A DNA stretch of 64,000 nt from Pseudomonadales bacterium (lineage in GTDB: Bacteria > Pseudomonadota > Gammaproteobacteria > Pseudomonadales > Azotimanducaceae): NCBI GenBank assembly GCA_965214305.1, contig OZ243949.1, positions 2,515,962-2,579,961 on the forward strand. The letters are read 5' to 3'. The position numbers and the translations under genes were made by a program. Below the pieces are notes generated by a model. That model worked only from the letters and a program-made list of their open reading frames with translations, made no database searches and was not told the DNA's origin. Of this stretch, positions 1 to 9,544 are shown one piece after another. Every line of letters begins with the position of its first letter. The stretch's first letter is position 1.

Positions 1-783
1 GCCGTGCGTTGGTACGGCTTAGCGTATCTGGCTGCGTTCGCCTTGGCTTGGCGGCTTGGCCAAGTGCAGAGCCGCCGGGCGTTTTCGCACTGGTCGGCCC
101 AGCAGATTGCGGATTTGATTTTCTATGGCGCGGTCGGTGCCGTGCTTGGCGGGCGCCTCGGCTATGTGCTGTTCTATGCGTTCGAGGGGTTGGTGCGCGA
201 CCCGCTGCTGCTCTTCAAGATATGGGATGGCGGCATGTCGTTTCACGGCGGCCTGCTTGGTGTGATTGCCGCCATGGTTTGGTATGGCCGGCGCTTGAGC
301 CGGGGTTTTTGGCAAGTTGCGGACTTTCTCGCGCCTCTGGTGCCCACCGGCTTGGGTTTGGGGCGTTTGGGCAATTTCGCCAACACGGAATTGCCTGGCC
401 GTGTTACCGAGATGCCCTGGGGTTTGGTTTATCCTTGCACCGCTGATGCGGTTCGCAACATCAACGTGCTTTGTACCGGCCCTTGGGAAGCCTTTGCTCG
501 GCACCCCTCGCCGCTGTATCAAGCATTTGCCGAGGGCGTGGTCTTGTTCGCGCTGGTTTGGTGGGTGGCTGCCCGCCCGCGTCCCGCCGGACTGGTTTCG
601 GGAATCTTCCTGCTGGGTTACGGCTTGGTGCGATTTGTCACCGAGTGGTTCCGCGCACCCGATGGGCACATCGGCTTTCTCGCCTTTGATTGGCTGACGA
701 TGGGGCAGTTGTTGTCCTTGCCCATGGTGTTTGTTGGTGTGCTCGTGGTTGCGTGGGCATTGCGCCGGCGGCAATCCACCTGA
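1..783 (+). CDS. lgt: Prolipoprotein diacylglyceryl transferase, 5' end outside window
   Basis: The frame is open to the window edge. WYGLAYLAAF, DGGMSFHGGLLGV and GRLGNFANTELPGRV match conserved Lgt motifs. The gene sits in the classic lgt-thyA adjacency. Confidence 0.9.
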   Translation, partial: AVRWYGLAYLAAFALAWRLGQVQSRRAFSHWSAQQIADLIFYGAVGAVLGGRLGYVLFYAFEGLVRDPLLLFKIWDGGMSFHGGLLGVIAAMVWYGRRLSRGFWQVADFLAPLVPTGLGLGRLGNFANTELPGRVTEMPWGLVYPCTADAVRNINVLCTGPWEAFARHPSPLYQAFAEGVVLFALVWWVAARPRPAGLVSGIFLLGYGLVRFVTEWFRAPDGHIGFLAFDWLTMGQLLSLPMVFVGVLVVAWALRRRQST

Positions 784-909
784 GCCACTACCATTTCCCA
801 CTGGCTGTTGTGCTCATAAAAGCCGCTTGTCACAATTTGTTGTGGTCTTGGGAATCAAATAGATAACTCCCGTATTGAGTAGACGATGCAGTTAACCATA
901 TAAACCCCA

Positions 910-1704
910 ATGCAACAGTACCTAGACCTACTGCGCCTTGTGCGCGATGCGGGCGTCCACCGGGGCGACCGAACCGGCACCGGCACCCGCAGCGTTTTTG
1001 GCCACCAGATGCGCTTCGATTTAAGTGCGGGGTTTCCCCTGGTGACCACCAAGAAGGTGGTCTTTCGCCTGATTGCGCATGAGCTGCTTTGGTTTCTTTC
1101 CGGCAGCACCAACATCAAATACCTGCTCGATAACAACGTACACATTTGGGATGAGTGGGCGGATGAAAACGGCGAACTTGGGCCGGTGTACGGCTCGCAG
1201 TGGCGCTCGTGGCCGGCCCCGGACGGCACCGCCATCGACCAGATTGCCGGGGTGCTGAGCAGCATTCGCGAAAACCCGAACTCGCGCCGCCATATCGTCA
1301 GCGCTTGGAATGTGGCCCTGGTTGACAGTATGGCGTTGCCGCCCTGCCATACACTGTTCCAGTTCTATGTGGCCGAGGGCAAGCTCTCTTGCCAGCTGTA
1401 TCAGCGCAGCGCGGACCTCTTTCTCGGCGTTCCATTTAATATCGCCTCCTATGCGCTGCTCACCTTGATGGTCGCCCAGGTTACCGGATTGCGGCCCGGT
1501 GAGTTTGTACACACCTTCGGCGATGCCCATCTCTACGACAACCATCTCGAACAGGTCGAGCTGCAGCTTGGGCGCGCACCCTTGCCTCCGCCTTCGTTGC
1601 GGTTGAATCCGGCGGTGCATGATCTATTTGACTTCAACATTGACGATTTTGAGCTGCTCAACTATCGCTGCCACGATGCCATCAAGGCGCCTGTAGCGGT
1701 TTAA
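910..1704 (+). CDS. thyA: Thymidylate synthase
   Basis: 264 aa. [11 protein letters not shown]...[12 protein letters not shown]...[12 protein letters not shown]...DAHLYDNH is a canonical ThyA signature. Confidence 0.97.
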   Translation: MQQYLDLLRLVRDAGVHRGDRTGTGTRSVFGHQMRFDLSAGFPLVTTKKVVFRLIAHELLWFLSGSTNIKYLLDNNVHIWDEWADENGELGPVYGSQWRSWPAPDGTAIDQIAGVLSSIRENPNSRRHIVSAWNVALVDSMALPPCHTLFQFYVAEGKLSCQLYQRSADLFLGVPFNIASYALLTLMVAQVTGLRPGEFVHTFGDAHLYDNHLEQVELQLGRAPLPPPSLRLNPAVHDLFDFNIDDFELLNYRCHDAIKAPVAV

Positions 1705-1962
1705 ATCCGGGGAATCATTTGAATACGTCTTTGACGATAGACGCTGCGGTGGCCTTGATGGTGGCGAAAGTGAGATCCTGGCTTTTCTCGGAAATCAGAC
1801 TCCTTATCTTCTGCCAGCGGGTGTCGTCGCGCACATCGTCTAGGAATTTGGTTCCCTCTCACGTCAGTCGCAGGCCCATCCACGCAACTTTGTCGAGTGA
1901 ACTAAAGCGGTTACGATCCTGCCGATGATTCTCCGGTTCCCTCTCCTGCGTCTCTTGTTTAG

Positions 1963-2262
<300 letters not shown>

Positions 2263-2278
2263 TAATGAGATGGACGAG

Positions 2279-4042
2279 TTAGCCTTCTGAAAATCGCTTT
2301 TTTCTGCGGTATGGATAGACATCAATGACTTGCCCGGTGCGGATGGCATCCTGCAATTGCCGCCAGTAGCTCGGTTTGAACAGGTCGCCGTGCAGGTGCT
2401 CAAACAGGCGTTTGATCTCTCGTTTGCCGAATAGGAAGCGGCGTAATTCTTCGGGAAAGACATCGTTTGGCGCGACTGAGTACCAGGGTTCGGCCGCCAT
2501 CTCCTCCTCAATATTCCGAGGCTCCGGAATTTCCCGGAAATTGACATCGGTGAGGTAGCAGATTTCGTCGTAGTCGTAGAACACCACCCGCCCGTGCCGT
2601 GTAACGCCGAAATTCTTCAGCAGCATATCGCCGGGGAAGATGTTGGCGGCGGCCAGTTGCTTGATGGCGTTGCCATACTCGTCGAGCGCGTCGATGAGCG
2701 CCTCGCCCTGGGCGGTGCTGATGTGGAGATTTAGCGGTGTCATCAAACGCTCGGTATAAAGATGGGCGATGCGAACCGTTTGGCCGTCGATGGCGATGGA
2801 TGAACCGGCCAGGGTTTGTAGTTCGGCGACCAGGTTCGGTGCTAGCCGGTCAAGGGGTAGCGCGAGATTTTCAAACTCCTGGGTGTCCGCCATGCGGCCT
2901 ACCCGGTCGTGGCTTTTGACCATATGGTATCGGTCGCGGACATCCTTGGCGGTCACTTCCTTCTGTGGCGCGAACCGATCTTTGATGACCTTGAAAACCG
3001 TTTGATAGGAGGGCAGGGTGAACACCGTCATCACCGTGCCCTTGATGCCTCGCGCAATCACAAATTGATCGTCGGAACCGTGCAGATGATCGAGGAAGTC
3101 CCTGTAGAACTCGGTTTTGCCGTGGCGATGCTCGCCGATGGACGCATAGAGTTCGTAGCGCCTCTTATTGGGCAGCAGCCCGTGCAGAAATTCCACGAGG
3201 CCGAAAGGATAGGACGCATCGACCATGAAGTAGGCGCGCGTGAAGCTGAATACGATGGAAAGTTCGTCTTCATCGCTGATGAGGGTATCGACATAAACTT
3301 GGCGGGAATCATTCAACCCCAACGGCAGGGCGATTGGCCAAGACCGCCCAGTTTGCCGTAAACGCCCGACGATATAGGTGCCCTTGTTGCGGTAGAAGAG
3401 CGAATTTACGGCGTCGATTTCGATTTCTCCGTCCTTGCCGGTAGCGATGCCCGCTTCTGCGAACGCCGCGATGATATTGGCAATGTCGCCCCCGCGGTCG
3501 CGCCACTCGACATCCCCGACCCGTTCGTCCAACAACCGATTGAGCATGGCCGCCAACCCGCCAATGGCGGTGTAGGTGCTGAACACCGGCTCTGCGGGCG
3601 GCGGCGGAGCATCGACAAAGGATGAATGGACGAACAGGTGCGCGTCGATGCGGTGGGCATCGCCGACGGCGCGGCGGTAGACGGAATTGAAGACGGTTTC
3701 GGCCAGTTCGCCATCCGGCCGCTTGGCGATCAGCTTGCTGTAGCGCCTTTTTGCTTCCGGCCAGAAAGCCTTATCGGGCAGCGGGCTTTGTCTTGGCGGT
3801 ACATCAATGTCCTTGAGAATGGCGTCGATGTATTGGCCATAAATGCGCAGGCGCGTTGCGCTCGCGCTCTGTACGCCGGGCCAGTCGGCGGCGAGGAATC
3901 GCCCCCGTGCCGCAACGGTGATGGCGACAAATTCACGGCGGTAGGCACGGAAGTGCTCAAAGATGGCATGGGCCACCTGGGCGGTGTTGAGAAGGCCCGC
4001 TTTTTCAGGAATGGGTTGCGCCGCCAACCTCGCCACGTTCAT
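2279..4042 (-). CDS. aceK: Isocitrate dehydrogenase kinase/phosphatase
   Basis: 587 aa, the typical AceK length. The sequence shows AceK-like similarity end to end, including FKVIKDRF...KSHDRVGRMADTQEF...FPGDMLLKNFGVTRHGRVVFYDYDE. Confidence 0.92.
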   Translation of the reverse strand: MNVARLAAQPIPEKAGLLNTAQVAHAIFEHFRAYRREFVAITVAARGRFLAADWPGVQSASATRLRIYGQYIDAILKDIDVPPRQSPLPDKAFWPEAKRRYSKLIAKRPDGELAETVFNSVYRRAVGDAHRIDAHLFVHSSFVDAPPPPAEPVFSTYTAIGGLAAMLNRLLDERVGDVEWRDRGGDIANIIAAFAEAGIATGKDGEIEIDAVNSLFYRNKGTYIVGRLRQTGRSWPIALPLGLNDSRQVYVDTLISDEDELSIVFSFTRAYFMVDASYPFGLVEFLHGLLPNKRRYELYASIGEHRHGKTEFYRDFLDHLHGSDDQFVIARGIKGTVMTVFTLPSYQTVFKVIKDRFAPQKEVTAKDVRDRYHMVKSHDRVGRMADTQEFENLALPLDRLAPNLVAELQTLAGSSIAIDGQTVRIAHLYTERLMTPLNLHISTAQGEALIDALDEYGNAIKQLAAANIFPGDMLLKNFGVTRHGRVVFYDYDEICYLTDVNFREIPEPRNIEEEMAAEPWYSVAPNDVFPEELRRFLFGKREIKRLFEHLHGDLFKPSYWRQLQDAIRTGQVIDVYPYRRKKRFSEG

Positions 4043-4067
4043 TCATGAATGGGTCGGGCAGATGCCC

Positions 4068-4388
4068 CTAGTCCGCAGCTTGGCTTGCCGGTTGCAGCAA
4101 GGCTTCGACTCGTGCCAAACGTTGAGCAAGGTCGGCGTGGTCTTTTTGCAAGCCATCAAAACGCTTGCCGATATCGCCCTTGAAGTCGGCGTGGTCTTTT
4201 TTCAGGTCGTCGATGCGCTTACCGATGTCGCTCTTGAAGTCGGCATGGTCTTTCTTCAGGCCGTCGATGCGTTTGCCGATGTCGTTCTTGAGATCGCGGT
4301 AATCCGCCTTCAGGTCACGCATCAAGTAGGTCACCACCGCCAGTATCAACGCGGGCGGAAAGTAGACATGCACCAGCTCCATGTTCAC
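4068..4388 (-). CDS. Small N-terminally membrane-anchored protein with three 18-aa tandem repeats (DIGKRIDxLKKDHADFKx)
   Basis: 106 aa. It has a hydrophobic N-terminus (VYFPPALILAVVTYL) followed by repeat units. It lies 25 nt upstream of aceK on the same strand. Confidence 0.6.
   Translation of the reverse strand: MNMELVHVYFPPALILAVVTYLMRDLKADYRDLKNDIGKRIDGLKKDHADFKSDIGKRIDDLKKDHADFKGDIGKRFDGLQKDHADLAQRLARVEALLQPASQAAD
4131..4292. repeat. Three tandem 54-nt coding repeats, plus a partial fourth up to about 4316
   Basis: Units at 4131-4184, 4185-4238 and 4239-4292 each begin GTCGGC(G/A)TGGTCTTT and end CTTGA(A/G). Confidence 0.85.
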
Positions 4389-4462
4389 CCTCGTATAAAA
4401 GCGGAAAAGCTGCCGCTCAGTGTATCACCCCCATACCGCACCCGGGGAGGGAGTTAGTGATA

Positions 4463-4552
4463 GGTAGTGGCTCAGTTTGAATTTCCGCCGCCGTAGAGAC
4501 CAAGCCCGCGTTGGGCTCCGGTAACGAAGATTTTCCAAATTGAGCCACTACC
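4463..4552. mobile_element. MITE-A copy 1 (about 90 bp, terminal inverted repeats GGTAGTGGCTCA...TGAGCCACTACC)
   Basis: It has perfect 12-nt TIRs. It is flanked by the direct repeat TAGTGATA (4455-4462 and 4553-4560). Confidence 0.75.
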
Positions 4553-4821
4553 TAGTGATAGGTTCTGAGCACATAGCCCTTTTCGACCATGCAGTCGCGA
4601 TAGGCCTCAAAGGAAGGGGATTCGGTTTGCATTGCCGCGATCTGTTCGATGCCGGTCACGTCCTGACAGTTGCCGTTATCGATCTTGTAATCACGCTCTG
4701 TTTTGGCGTTTTTAGCTTGCCAGTAATGGGTGGCTTGCAAGGTGGATTCCATTGCACATGCCATGAAAAGAAAAGGAAAAGATATAAATATCAGCGACTT
4801 GATTTTTTTGAGAACGTCCAT
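4552..4821 (-). CDS. Small putative lipoprotein in an AT-richer islet
   Basis: MDVLKKIKSLIFISFPFLFMAC has a lipobox-like FMAC. Local GC is lower than the surroundings. The stop codon lies at the MITE-A junction. Confidence 0.5.
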   Translation of the reverse strand: MDVLKKIKSLIFISFPFLFMACAMESTLQATHYWQAKNAKTERDYKIDNGNCQDVTGIEQIAAMQTESPSFEAYRDCMVEKGYVLRTYH

Positions 4822-4962
4822 TTCGACCTCCATTAGTTTGGTGGTTATAGGAAATCAATTCCTACGGAATAATGTACCTATCCAAGTTGGCATATGCAAC
4901 AGGAAAATAGAAAAAATTTTGCACTGATCTCCCCCCAATATCGCAACGCCCGAAAAAAATTT

Positions 4963-5051
4963 GGTAGTGGCTCAATTTGGCAACGCTTCATACCGCAGCC
5001 CAACGCGGGTGCGGTCTCTGCGGCAGCGGAAATTGAAACTGAGCCACTACC
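4963..5051. mobile_element. MITE-A copy 2 (inverted orientation)
   Basis: It has the same TIRs as copy 1. Its interior is the reverse complement of copies 1 and 3. It is flanked by the 8-bp direct repeat AAAAATTT (4955-4962 and 5052-5059). Confidence 0.75.
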
Positions 5052-5059
5052 AAAAATTT

Positions 5060-5731
<672 letters not shown>

Positions 5732-5780
5732 TTGGGCGCTTGTCGGCACGCTGATTCGGTATTATTAGTTTGATGGAGCA

Positions 5781-6613
5781 CTAGTAACCTTCCGCGCCGT
5801 CTTCTTCAAGCGCCCCGTCAGGCCGTGGAATGGCCGACACAATAAGATTGCCGACGACAATGCCGCCGATCATCGTGTAGACCATCGGTCTTAAGCTACC
5901 GTCATGGAGAAAGCCAGACAAGGCGCCAAGCAGCCCACCCATGAGAAACACGCTGATGCCCATCAGCGATGAAGCGCTGCCGACAAGGCGTTTGAAGCGC
6001 GTCAAGTAGAGGCCGGACACCGCTGGCCCGATCAAACCGTTGACACCCATGGCGAGCGCAAGTAAAGGCGTGAACAAAAGCACCGGAATCTCATCTGCGC
6101 CGAAGACAAGCGCTGCGAACGCGGTGAAGAACAGCAGTTGAATGCCTCGTCCAATGCGAAAAAGCAGCGCAGGCGACAATCGCCGGATCAGGCGCGATGC
6201 GAGCATGGTGAAACACAGCATCGACACGACATTGGCACCAAATAGAACGGGAACATCGCCTCGCCGACTGCGAAATATTCAAGGTAGATAAACGACGAAT
6301 TGGTGATGAACACGAACATCAGACACGACATGCATGCGTTGCCGAGGATGTACATGAGCGGCACCGGCCTGCCTTGAATGCGTCGGGTCAGCACTGAAAC
6401 GTACTGCGGCAGAATCGCGTGCCAGCGAATGTGCCGGCCCGGATTCGGTGCTGTTTCAGGAATCCTCGTGAATGCAATCAGCGCGAACACGCCGTAGAGC
6501 CCGAGAAATACAAAGATCGACTCCCAGCCCAATGGCAGCAGCAAGCTGCCAATCATCGGCGCCAAGAGTGGCGCAATCAGCATGACCACGAAGACGATTG
6601 GAAACTTGCGCAC
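5781..6613 (-). pseudogene. Bcr/CflA-type MFS efflux transporter remnant (N-terminally truncated and frameshifted)
   Basis: Two overlapping ORFs (6188..6613 and 5781..6227) together read like the TM4-TM12 half of a Bcr-family MFS. The first roughly 100 codons are missing. Confidence 0.65.
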
Positions 6614-6616
6614 GGC

Positions 6617-6890
6617 TTCGTGCCTTTTGGCGCACTTGGATTGAGCCTTGCAGGGATCGACGTGTTCTTCGCAATCAACGCACTCGAGCCGGTTGAAACA
6701 CGCGGCGCCATCGCCTTTCTGTATGCGGACGGCACGCCTCGACTGCTCATTGACATCTTCCTTCTTGGCGTGTTCGCCGCCTTCTACGAAGTGCCGCTCT
6801 ATGCCTCCATTCAGGCGCGCACACCGGAGGCGACGAGGGCGCGCGTCATCGCCGCAACCAACATCATCAATGCCTTCTTCATGGTCTTAG
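6617..6890 (+). pseudogene. C-terminal MFS (LplT-like) segment of a transporter-acyltransferase fusion, 5' truncated
   Basis: The TM-like sequence LIDIFLLGVFAAFYEVPLYASIQARTPEATRARVIAATNIINAFFMV is present. The frame breaks at TAG 6888-6890, and the next frame continues directly into the acyltransferase domain. Confidence 0.45.
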
Positions 6891-7016
6891 GGGTCTGTCT
6901 GCGCCATTGTCTGGCTGAGCGTACTCGATCTTTCCATCCCGTCGCTGCTGCTTTCCCTCGCCATCGGCACGCTCGCTGTAGCGGGCTTCATCTTCTACCA
7001 AGTACCTGAGTTCGCG

Positions 7017-7610
7017 ATGCGCTTTCTTATCTGGACGCTCACGCACACCATGTATCGCGTCACTCATGAATCGCTCGACCGCATCCCGGAAAAAGGCGCG
7101 GCGCTGCTAGTCTGCAATCATGTGAGCTATGTGGATGCGCTCATCATCGGCGGCTCGGTGCCGCGGCCGGTGCGCTTCATCATGCTTGGCCGCATATTCG
7201 ACATCCCTGTGCTGAACTTCGTGTTTCGCACTGGTCGCGCCATTCCCATCGAGTCGCCGCGCGTGAACGCCGACATCTACGAGCGCGCGCTCGAAGATAT
7301 ACGAGAAGGGCTTGAAGCGGGCGACCTGCTGTGCATTTTCCCCGAAGGCAAGCTCACGACCGACGGCGGCATTGACACCTTCAAGCGCGGTGTCGAGAGC
7401 ATTCTCGCCGTCACGCCGGCACCAACCATGCCGCTCGCGCTACAAGGCCTGTGGGGCAGCTTCTTCAGCCACAAGGGCGGCACGTTCAAGAACACCGGGC
7501 GCATCTGGAGCCGGGTCAAAATCGTCGCCGGAGAAGCGCTTGCTCCCGAGGGACTGAGCACCGAGACGTTGCGCGCGCACATTGCTCGCTTGCGCGGCGA
7601 CAATGCATGA
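7017..7610 (+). CDS. PlsC-family acyltransferase domain, probably the remnant of an LplT/Aas-like fusion
   Basis: It has the NHVSYVD (HX4D) and FPEG motifs. The reading frame is open upstream to 6891. Confidence 0.6.
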   Translation: MRFLIWTLTHTMYRVTHESLDRIPEKGAALLVCNHVSYVDALIIGGSVPRPVRFIMLGRIFDIPVLNFVFRTGRAIPIESPRVNADIYERALEDIREGLEAGDLLCIFPEGKLTTDGGIDTFKRGVESILAVTPAPTMPLALQGLWGSFFSHKGGTFKNTGRIWSRVKIVAGEALAPEGLSTETLRAHIARLRGDNA

Positions 7611-7630
7611 ACCACACTTCTAGTGTTCCG

Positions 7631-8006
7631 TCACAGTTTAATTTTTGGATAGATGGACTTCAGCTTGCGGCGCGCGTCGTCCACCTCCATGTGCCATTCC
7701 ACGCCCCGCTGGGCGCTGTTCACATCGTCCGCCCACGCCTTGAGCTCCGCCGCAGCGTCCGGATGTCGCCGATGCGGCGGTTCGCGAGGCATTGCCGCGT
7801 CATGCAGCTCAGCTCGCTCTCCGCCACGTTCAGCCAGCTGCCGTGCTTCGGCGTGTGGCAGAACTCGACGCGCCGCGCCAGCGCCCGCGCCGGGTCGGGC
7901 GGCTTCGCGTAGGTCTCCAGCACGTGCTCCATGCCCGCCGCGAACTCCGCGTCGCAGCCCGGCGGAATCACCCAGTACCGGACCTTGCGCCCGGTGACGC
8001 CGTTTT
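7631..8006 (-). pseudogene. IS630-family (DDE_3 type) transposase remnant
   Basis: RKVRYWVIPPGCDAEF...HTPKHGSWLNVAESELS...QRGVEWHMEVDDARRKLKSIYPKI is spread over 2-3 frames. The N-terminus is missing, the catalytic core is deleted and there is a frameshift. The remnant abuts the IR at 8011. Confidence 0.6.
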
Positions 8007-8010
8007 TTTA

Positions 8011-8150
8011 GGGAATTATGTAGCAAAATCCGCAAAACCCCATTGTGCATTTTGCAGAAAGTTTTGGGACCTATATACTCTGCCTGACCACGGCAAAGGT
8101 GGTACGATGAGAGCAGCCACAAAACTGGAGGATTCCAAATGACACGTTCA
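8011..8150 (+). promoter_or_regulatory. Portable 5' module copy 2
   Basis: It matches 5060-5199. It contains TTGCAG 8052-8057, TATACT 8074-8079, a GGAGG RBS and ATG at 8139. Confidence 0.5.
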
Positions 8151-8795
8151 CCCCCCCCCACTAAATTAGCAACCTTCTTGCTGCTAGCAGTGCTTGTGGC
8201 ACCGCTAGCGGCGCAGACGACCGTCACAAGCAGCGGGCGAGACGGCGAGACCGCTTGCATGGGTCAAACTGAGGTCAATGCTGCGAATCTCCCCATCACG
8301 ACCTTAACCTCAAACTTCGGGCTCTACAGCGCTCCGGCTGTCACATGGGGCCAATACACCGGGCGGCTCGGCGATACGACGCCACCTGCAAATGCCACTG
8401 TGTATCACGCTGTTTACAACGCCAGCACAAAGGCAAGTGTGTTCAAAAGTGCAGCTAATCTCGTTAATAGTGAAAACAACTATTCAGGCGAAAGCCAAGC
8501 CCTACCTGGACTGACTGCAAAGACCAACTACTATGTGGAAGTTTACGCGGCTGCGTCAGGATCTATTCCGAAGCAGGTGTTCGCGAGACGCTGCTTCATG
8601 ACCGGCGGCACCTACACCATATCGGCCGAAGCCATCGCTTCAGGCCCAACGGAGGGGTCAACCGGGTGCTTCACGATCAGCCCCCTCACCCAGCAGGATG
8701 TCCGCAACTGCTGGTGCGGGCGCAAGACCACACGGCCCCTGTTCAGCTCAACACAGGACAACACCAACTTCCTGAACAGGTGGGGATGCCGATAA
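8139..8795 (+). CDS. Secreted protein of unknown function with an MTRSPPP leader (C9 tract, in frame)
   Basis: 218 aa. MTRSPPPTKLATFLLLAVLVAPLAAQTT is a signal peptide. The mature part has 6 Cys. Confidence 0.65.
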   Translation: MTRSPPPTKLATFLLLAVLVAPLAAQTTVTSSGRDGETACMGQTEVNAANLPITTLTSNFGLYSAPAVTWGQYTGRLGDTTPPANATVYHAVYNASTKASVFKSAANLVNSENNYSGESQALPGLTAKTNYYVEVYAAASGSIPKQVFARRCFMTGGTYTISAEAIASGPTEGSTGCFTISPLTQQDVRNCWCGRKTTRPLFSSTQDNTNFLNRWGCR

Positions 8796-8849
8796 CGGCC
8801 CCTGCCGGACACGGGCGCGGCGGCATCCGCTCCGCCCCTGTCGTTGCGG

Positions 8850-9281
8850 GCCGCCGCCCCCCGGCGCTGCGCACCAGCGACCCCATGCAGTCGATGGTGT
8901 CGATCAACCCCCTCGCGTACTCGCCATCGCCGTGCCTGACGGCCTCGTGACGATGCCAGTTAATCTCGGCGGACAGTGCCGAGTACGCTACGGCATCGTC
9001 CGTGAAAATGATGGAGCCTTGCTCGGCGGCTGACTCGACGAAGCCCGTCAGGGTGCGGGAATCAACCGCAGCGACGGGCCGCGCCAGTAGGCGTGCCAGC
9101 TCTTGGACTTCGAGACGCGCTCTACGCCGCCGCAGTGCGGGCAGACGGGCTTGCCGCCCCACCGCGCCGACTCAAGCCACTCACAGCATTTGTCGTCGGT
9201 GGAGAAGATGCGGTGCAATTGGGTGATGCTCAGTGTGTCCGCGATCCGCTTTTTGCCGTCCATCCTTTGGACTCCGCTCAT
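8850..9281 (-). pseudogene. IS1595-family transposase remnant (frameshifted, internally deleted)
   Basis: The N-terminal zinc ribbon CEWLESARWGGKPVCPHCGG is in ORF 9048..9281. The ISXO2-like segment IIFTDDAVAYSAL...HEAVRHGDGEYARG.IDTID is in ORF 8743..9162. Confidence 0.6.
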
Positions 9282-9544
9282 TTGCGGATTACCATATCTA
9301 ATTCTTATAAGGGTTTTAAGAGTTCTTTGCGGATTTTGCTACATAATTCCCAAAAATTTCAGGGCGGTAAAGCACCGGTATTGCCAAGCTTGGCAGAAGT
9401 CGGCTTGCGGCAACCGGTGTGCATCATGTTTCCGTTTTGTCACAAAGACGACACGCTTTTGTCATATATCCGTACTAACTTGCTCGCCGGATTTACGGGC
9501 TGCCATGCGCGCCCTGATCTACACCATTTTTTCCGGGGAACTTC

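Larger units (their letters stand above)
8011..9351. mobile_element. IS1595-family-like element: IR, passenger gene, degraded transposase, IR
   Basis: GGGAATTATGTAGCAAAATCCGCAAA occurs at 8011-8036 and its exact reverse complement at 9326-9351. The transposase remnant reads inward from the 9351 end. Confidence 0.5.

Noticed and set aside
19-801. Long antisense or alternative-frame ORFs across real genes. Examples are 19..801(-), 13334..14476(-), 16400..17362(-), 39201..39899(-), 40395..41429(-), 42399..43310(-), 46874..47593(+), 57720..59102(+) and 62901..63482(-).
   Set aside because: Their translations are Arg/Pro/Gly/Ala-rich and low in complexity. Each overlaps a frame with a clear family signature. 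Such open frames are expected by chance at about 60% GC.
4131-4316. Regularly spaced direct repeats that could superficially suggest a CRISPR-like or minisatellite array
   Set aside because: The units are contiguous with no spacers. They are in frame and encode an 18-aa peptide repeat inside ORF 4068..4388.
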